From Kiritimatiellia bacterium (GTDB taxonomy: Bacteria; Verrucomicrobiota; Kiritimatiellia; UBA8416; JAWODU01), in the NCBI GenBank assembly GCA_046483125.1, contig JAWODU010000119.1, positions 1,584 through 65,583 on the forward strand: DNA of 64,000 nt, written 5' to 3'. The position numbers and the translations under genes are program-made. The notes under the pieces are model-generated. The model saw only the letters and a list, made by a program, of their open reading frames with translations, ran no database searches and had not been told where the DNA came from. Shown piece by piece: positions 58,253-64,000 of this stretch; within the stretch, counting starts at the first letter, position 1, and the number at the start of each line of letters is the position of its first letter.

Positions 58253-58646
58253 CGTCTTCAGTTCCCTCTTCGCCGTCCGGCCCCACGGACCAGATGTCGA
58301 ATTCCGTGATCCCGTGAGTTCCCGGGTACTGGTAACGGTATTTAAAACCCCAGGGATCCCGGGGTTTCTTCTCCAGGTAGGGTCCGTCCCAGTTCGGGGC
58401 TGACCCCGGATTGCTGATCAGAGCGTCCAGGCCCTGTTCGGTCGACGGATATTTGCCGACGTCAAGGCGGTAGAACTTGAGGCCGGTCGTGATATTGGCC
58501 ATTTCAGCGCGGGAGATTTTCGCTCTGGCTTTTTCGGCTCGCGGCAGAAGACGCGGCACAACCATTCCGGCGAGGGCCGCAATGATGATAACAACGATCA
58601 TCAATTCGATCAGTGTGAACGCGGAACTGCGGGTAGAGCTTTGCAT
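58230..58646 (-). CDS. gspG: Type II secretion major pseudopilin GspG
   Basis: MQSSTRSSA|FTLIELMIVVIIIAALAGMVVP...WDGPYLEKKPRDPWGFKYRY is a GspG signature, but with Ala at -1. Confidence 0.85.
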   Translation of the reverse strand: MQSSTRSSAFTLIELMIVVIIIAALAGMVVPRLLPRAEKARAKISRAEMANITTGLKFYRLDVGKYPSTEQGLDALISNPGSAPNWDGPYLEKKPRDPWGFKYRYQYPGTHGITEFDIWSVGPDGEEGTEDDVRPDEE

Positions 58647-58796
58647 ATGTCCTTCTCCTGCCTGAGACGGTACCTCCCAGCCTCCACGGCGTCAAGCGTT
58701 TACATGCGCCTTGCGTCCCCGCGTTACTCATCGCTGGCGGCGTACTGGAGGTTTTGTAGCGCCGCTTATCCGCGATGCAAGAAGAGCGGGGCAGGA

Positions 58797-58933
58797 GGGA
58801 CTAAGTGCAGGGACCAGGAGTCCATCCCCTCCCGTCTTAATCTTAATCCTAATCTTTATCTCCCCGAATCTTAATCCCAATCTTAATCTCTCCCTCCGTC
58901 ATCCGTCCTCCGTCATCCGTCATCCGTCCTCCG
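58797..58933. repeat. Composite G-A-B repeat element: GGGACTAAGTGCAGGGACCAGGAGTCC, then (ATCTTAATC)n, then (CCGTCATCCG)n
   Basis: Seen directly in the 304-nt gspF/gspG spacer. Same module order as 63554..63725. Confidence 0.85.
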
Positions 58934-58950
58934 TAATTGCTCTCCTCTTC

Positions 58951-60156
58951 CTACAATGCCTCGCTGAGTTCGAAGATGGGGAGAAGCATCGCCGCCACTA
59001 TAAAACCCACAATCGCCCCCACCACCAGAATCAGCGCCGGTTCCAGCAGGGTTACGGCAAGCCCGGTCTGATGTTCCACTTCCCTGTCGTAAAACAGGGC
59101 TATTTCGTTCATGCTTTCTTCAAGTCTGCCCGACTCCTCGCCGACCGCCGCCATACCGGCTACAAAAAGGGGAAACTCACGGGATTTCCTCAGACCGGAG
59201 GAAAGAGAGGCGCCCTTTGTTACGATATCCGACCGTATACGCAGGATTTCATCCCTTAGAACACTGTTATCCAGCGAACCACTGCTCAAGTCCAGGGCCT
59301 TGTCGATAGATACGCCTCCTTCAAGAAGCAGAGCCAGCGTCCTGGCAAACCGCGCCGTACCGGACCATTTCAGCATCCGTCCGATAAAAGGAATCCGAAG
59401 TTTGACGGAATCAAGAAAGATTCTGCCTCTTTCGACCGAAGCCAGCCGTTTGACTATCGCCCAAAGCAGAATAATTATCGCCGCCGGCCAGTACCACTTG
59501 TCGGTCAGGAACCCGCTTACGGCCATCAGAGCCCGGGTCGGCGCGGGGAGATCGGAATAGTCCTCGAAGAGGCCGGTAATCCGGGGCAGGAAAAAAATAA
59601 GCAGAATCAGAACCGTCGCTATTCCGACGGTCACAATCAATACAGGATATGCCGTGGCCGACTGAACCCTGCGCCGTGTTTCATCCTCCTTCTCGCGATT
59701 TTCCGCCAGCCGCGCAAGCGCGGTATCGAGCATTCCGCCCGCTTCACCCGAACGTATCATATCCACGTAAAGTTCCGGGAACACATCCGGATAGGCGGCC
59801 AATCCTTCCGAAAGCATATCCCCCCCCCGCACGATGCCTGTCAGATCTTCTATAAGCCGCCGAAGGCCGGTATTCGGGGTCTGTGCGGAAATAATGGACA
59901 ACGCGCGCAGAATCGGGACTCCCGATTTTATCATGGAAGCCAGTTGACGGGTAAAAACCGTAACGTCTCTGCGCCTTATGCGCCCGGTCCGCACCCGGCC
60001 GGATTCACGGAATTGACGGTCTTTTTCTTTTATCCAGACGGGGCTTAATCCCATGCGGTCCAGCGCCAGCGCGGCGCTCCGCCGCGATTCCGCGTCCAGC
60101 TCGCCTTCGACAGTTTCGCCGGGTCCCTTCTTGGCCCTGTATGAGTACGTCGGCAT
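58951..60156 (-). CDS. gspF: Type II secretion system inner-membrane platform protein F
   Basis: Two GspF repeats and three TM segments. 401 aa. Confidence 0.85.
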   Translation of the reverse strand: MPTYSYRAKKGPGETVEGELDAESRRSAALALDRMGLSPVWIKEKDRQFRESGRVRTGRIRRRDVTVFTRQLASMIKSGVPILRALSIISAQTPNTGLRRLIEDLTGIVRGGDMLSEGLAAYPDVFPELYVDMIRSGEAGGMLDTALARLAENREKEDETRRRVQSATAYPVLIVTVGIATVLILLIFFLPRITGLFEDYSDLPAPTRALMAVSGFLTDKWYWPAAIIILLWAIVKRLASVERGRIFLDSVKLRIPFIGRMLKWSGTARFARTLALLLEGGVSIDKALDLSSGSLDNSVLRDEILRIRSDIVTKGASLSSGLRKSREFPLFVAGMAAVGEESGRLEESMNEIALFYDREVEHQTGLAVTLLEPALILVVGAIVGFIVAAMLLPIFELSEAL

Positions 60157-60170
60157 ATGGTCAGCGCGTT

Positions 60171-60258
60171 ATCTTAATCTCCTCATCCTGATCGTAATCC
60201 CGATCTTAATCGTAATCTTAATCCCAATCTTAATCTCCCCGATATCGGATTGAGATTT
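60171..60258. repeat. Palindromic Family A array: (ATCTTAATC / CGTAATC)n, then CCCGATATCGG, then GATTGAGAT
   Basis: Seen directly in the gspE/gspF spacer. Same GATATC core as 21684..21758. Confidence 0.85.
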
Positions 60259-60262
60259 GGAA

Positions 60263-61897
60263 CTACTCCCCGCTCGTCACCCTCATAATCTCTTCGGCCG
60301 TCGTAATCCCCGCCTCGACTTTTTCCCGACCGTCGGCCCGCAGGGACTTCATCCCGAGCTCATCGGCTTTCTTTCTGATATCCGCCGCCGAGGATTTATT
60401 CAGTATCAATTCCCGTATTTCAGGCCGCACGGGAAGGAATTCGGAAATTGCCACTCTCCCGAGATAGCCGCTGTTCCGGCATTTTCTGCACCCTTTCGGA
60501 CGGTAAAGGGTCTTACCCTCAAAACGGTACGACTCCTTACAGCCGCACAAAACCCGCACAAGCCTCTGGGCGGTAAAAATCTTCACCGTCGAAGCGATCA
60601 GATAAGGTTCAACTCCCATATCCATCAGCCGTACCGCGCCGCCCGCCGCATCGTTGGTATGAAGGGTACTCAGCACAAGATGTCCCGTCATGGCGGTCTG
60701 CACCGCGATGCGCGCCGTCTCCGCGTCTCTTACCTCGCCTACCATCATAACGTCCGGATCATGCCTCAGCATGCTCCGCAGAGATCTTGCAAAAGACAGG
60801 CCTATTTTCGGGTTGACCTGCGTCTGGGTTATGCCGGCAAGTTCGTACTCAACAGGTTCTTCAATGGTTATTATCTTCCGCTCACGCGTGTTAAGCCTGC
60901 TGAGGCACGCGTAAAGAGTGGTGCTCTTGCCGCTTCCGGTCGGTCCGGTAACAAAAATTATTCCATGCGCTTCCGACAGCATTTCCTCAAGGAGTTTGCG
61001 GTGTTCGCCGGAAAAACCCAGTTGCTCCAGTTCGAATGTCATTGTTGCCGGCAGAATCCGCACCACGATGTCCTCTCCCCGCATGGCCGGCACCGCCGAT
61101 ACTCTCAGGTCATACCTTTTGTGTCCTATATTCACGCCGGCCCGGCCGTCCTGCGGCAGACGCCTTTCGACTATATTCAGCCCGGACATCAGTTTTATCC
61201 TGGATACTATCGCCGGATACAGCAGTCTGATATTCTCGGGAACTTTGGTCTCGTACAGCACACCGTCTATCCTGCGCCTCACCGCGAGACCCTGGGGTTC
61301 GACTTCAAAATGTATATCGGTGGCTCTGTCCTTTATAGCCTCAAGCATAAGCTGGTTCACCAGTTTTACCACCGAAGCGTCTTCGGCCATCTTTTCGAGG
61401 TCCTGTGAATCCTCGACCGCCGCGTCCTCTTCTTCCCTGTCGGTTTCGGAAAGTATTCTTTCCACGGTATCCGCACCCACGCCGTAATGCGCGCGCAGGG
61501 CTTCCTGGATATCATTCCGGCGGGCAAGAACGCGGTCCACCTTAACACCGAGATTGGTCTGAATATCCTGCGAAGGCGCGGTATCGAGGGGATCGGACAC
61601 GGCTATAACAAGCACGCCCCCGCGGAATTCCACCGGCATAATCCCGTAATGTGATACAAGTTTCGGAGAAAGGGCCTTTACCGCCTTTTCTTCTACGCTG
61701 ACATCGCGAAGGTCCACAAACTCCATGCCGTAAAGCTCGGCCTGGGTTCGCAATAGATCCTCTTCGGGAAGATATCCTTCTTCGGATAGCACGGAGGACA
61801 GCGGCTTGAAGGCCTTGCGGGCGGCGGCCTGTGCGCGTTCTAGGTCCCGCCGCGAAAGCAGGCCCTTATCTACAAGTTTCTGTCCAAGTTTATCCAT
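60263..61897 (-). CDS. gspE: Type II secretion ATPase GspE (PilB/GspE family)
   Basis: N1/N2 domains, Walker A GPTGSGKST, Asp box, His box and tetracysteine motif (CGCKES...CRKCRNSG). Confidence 0.9.
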   Translation of the reverse strand: MDKLGQKLVDKGLLSRRDLERAQAAARKAFKPLSSVLSEEGYLPEEDLLRTQAELYGMEFVDLRDVSVEEKAVKALSPKLVSHYGIMPVEFRGGVLVIAVSDPLDTAPSQDIQTNLGVKVDRVLARRNDIQEALRAHYGVGADTVERILSETDREEEDAAVEDSQDLEKMAEDASVVKLVNQLMLEAIKDRATDIHFEVEPQGLAVRRRIDGVLYETKVPENIRLLYPAIVSRIKLMSGLNIVERRLPQDGRAGVNIGHKRYDLRVSAVPAMRGEDIVVRILPATMTFELEQLGFSGEHRKLLEEMLSEAHGIIFVTGPTGSGKSTTLYACLSRLNTRERKIITIEEPVEYELAGITQTQVNPKIGLSFARSLRSMLRHDPDVMMVGEVRDAETARIAVQTAMTGHLVLSTLHTNDAAGGAVRLMDMGVEPYLIASTVKIFTAQRLVRVLCGCKESYRFEGKTLYRPKGCRKCRNSGYLGRVAISEFLPVRPEIRELILNKSSAADIRKKADELGMKSLRADGREKVEAGITTAEEIMRVTSGE

Positions 61898-61966
61898 TCA
61901 AGAAAACCGATATGTTACCAATCTGTTCTCCGGGATCCTGTATCCTATCCGTCATCCGTCGCCCGT

Positions 61967-62123
61967 CTGTAGGAGCCGATCCCCCGATCGCCGAAGGTCA
62001 TTCGCCCGTCCCGACCTTCGGCGAACAGGGCTTCGCCTCCTGCACGCCTCTCCGCCCGTCCCCTCTTCCAACAAGCAACTAAGGCCTAAGGACCAGGGAC
62101 TAAGAACCAAGGACCAAGAACAG
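61967..62123. repeat. Intergenic repeat cluster: inverted Family C palindrome, Family D element and Family G (AACTAAGGCCTAAGGACCAGGGACTAAGAACCAAGGACCAAG)
   Basis: Seen directly in the gspE/atpD-like spacer. Confidence 0.8.
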
Positions 62124-62127
62124 CCCC

Positions 62128-63724
<1,597 letters not shown>

Positions 63725-63725
<1 letters not shown>

Positions 63726-63991
63726 TACGCCGGGGCCTTTTTCCGGCGTCTCTTTTTTCGCGTGGCCCCGAAACTTTCGCGCATACCCTTGTCGATATTT
63801 TCCCTCGAAGCCTTCTGGGCCATATGTTTTATCTTTTTGTACTCTTTTTCCACCTTGTCGAAACTCCCTTCAAGATGCATGGCCCGCGCGGAGAATTCCG
63901 CCAGCTTGCTGTCCTCGAATACTTCAAAAAATTTCGATGTCAGCCAGACCCCGGCGAGATATTCGAGCATATCGGAAAAAGACGATTCCAC
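63725..63991 (-). CDS. Hypothetical small protein with Lys/Arg-rich C-terminus; may be spurious
   Basis: ORF only. The 3' end overlaps the Family B repeat. Confidence 0.25.
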
Positions 63992-64000
63992 GATGAGTTT

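Noticed and set aside
57934-58309. Alternative-frame ORFs over the heptamer tract (57934..58182, 57953..58309, 57958..58317)
   Set aside because: Heptamer repeats yield similar peptides in every frame. These are artefacts of the repeat, not independent genes.
60053-60253. ORFs translated from the repeat arrays (for example 60053..60253 LILIVIPILIV.., 63613..63996 [11 protein letters not shown].., 55741..55965, 58711..59259)
   Set aside because: Their low-complexity peptides are a direct artefact of the tandem repeats, and they overlap better-supported genes or spacers.

Overview
High-GC (about 60%) bacterial chromosomal window that is densely coding, mostly on the minus strand. Long runs of genes overlap by ATGA/GTGA, which suggests translational coupling. 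The first ~48 kb is housekeeping: trxA, frr, pyrH, xseAB, ymdB-like, rny, rarA, pheST, rplT-rpmI-infC-thrS, argH, ispA-plsY-gpsA, yidC-yidD-rnpA-rpmH, pyrC, ilvC, a tRNA-Thr, holA, a pgpH-like gene with ybeY, and recO. Three items are absent from the ORF track and were found by reading the sequence: a 5' partial phosphate-selective porin that runs off the left edge, rpmH (44 aa), and an AUU-initiated infC. The last ~15 kb is a type II secretion / pseudopilin cluster (gspE, F, G, I-like, J-like, K, L, M) plus a MORN-repeat membrane protein and secreted / PEP-CTERM proteins, ending in a solitary F1-ATPase beta-subunit paralog. The most unusual feature is a modular, strictly orientation-biased family of short tandem repeats in at least 7 intergenic spacers: an AT-rich 9-12 bp unit (ATCTTAATC), a GC-rich 10-14 bp unit (CCGTCATCYG) and a GACTAAG..GGACCAGG module. 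REP-like palindromes with a TCCTACAG tail also occur. These elements, together with a 17-unit heptanucleotide tract, make up the apparent N-terminal extension of a gspI-like pseudopilin gene. An exbB-exbD-TPR-vWA operon has no TonB, and an FmdB zinc-ribbon three-gene operon is also notable. No transposase, integrase or CRISPR was found.
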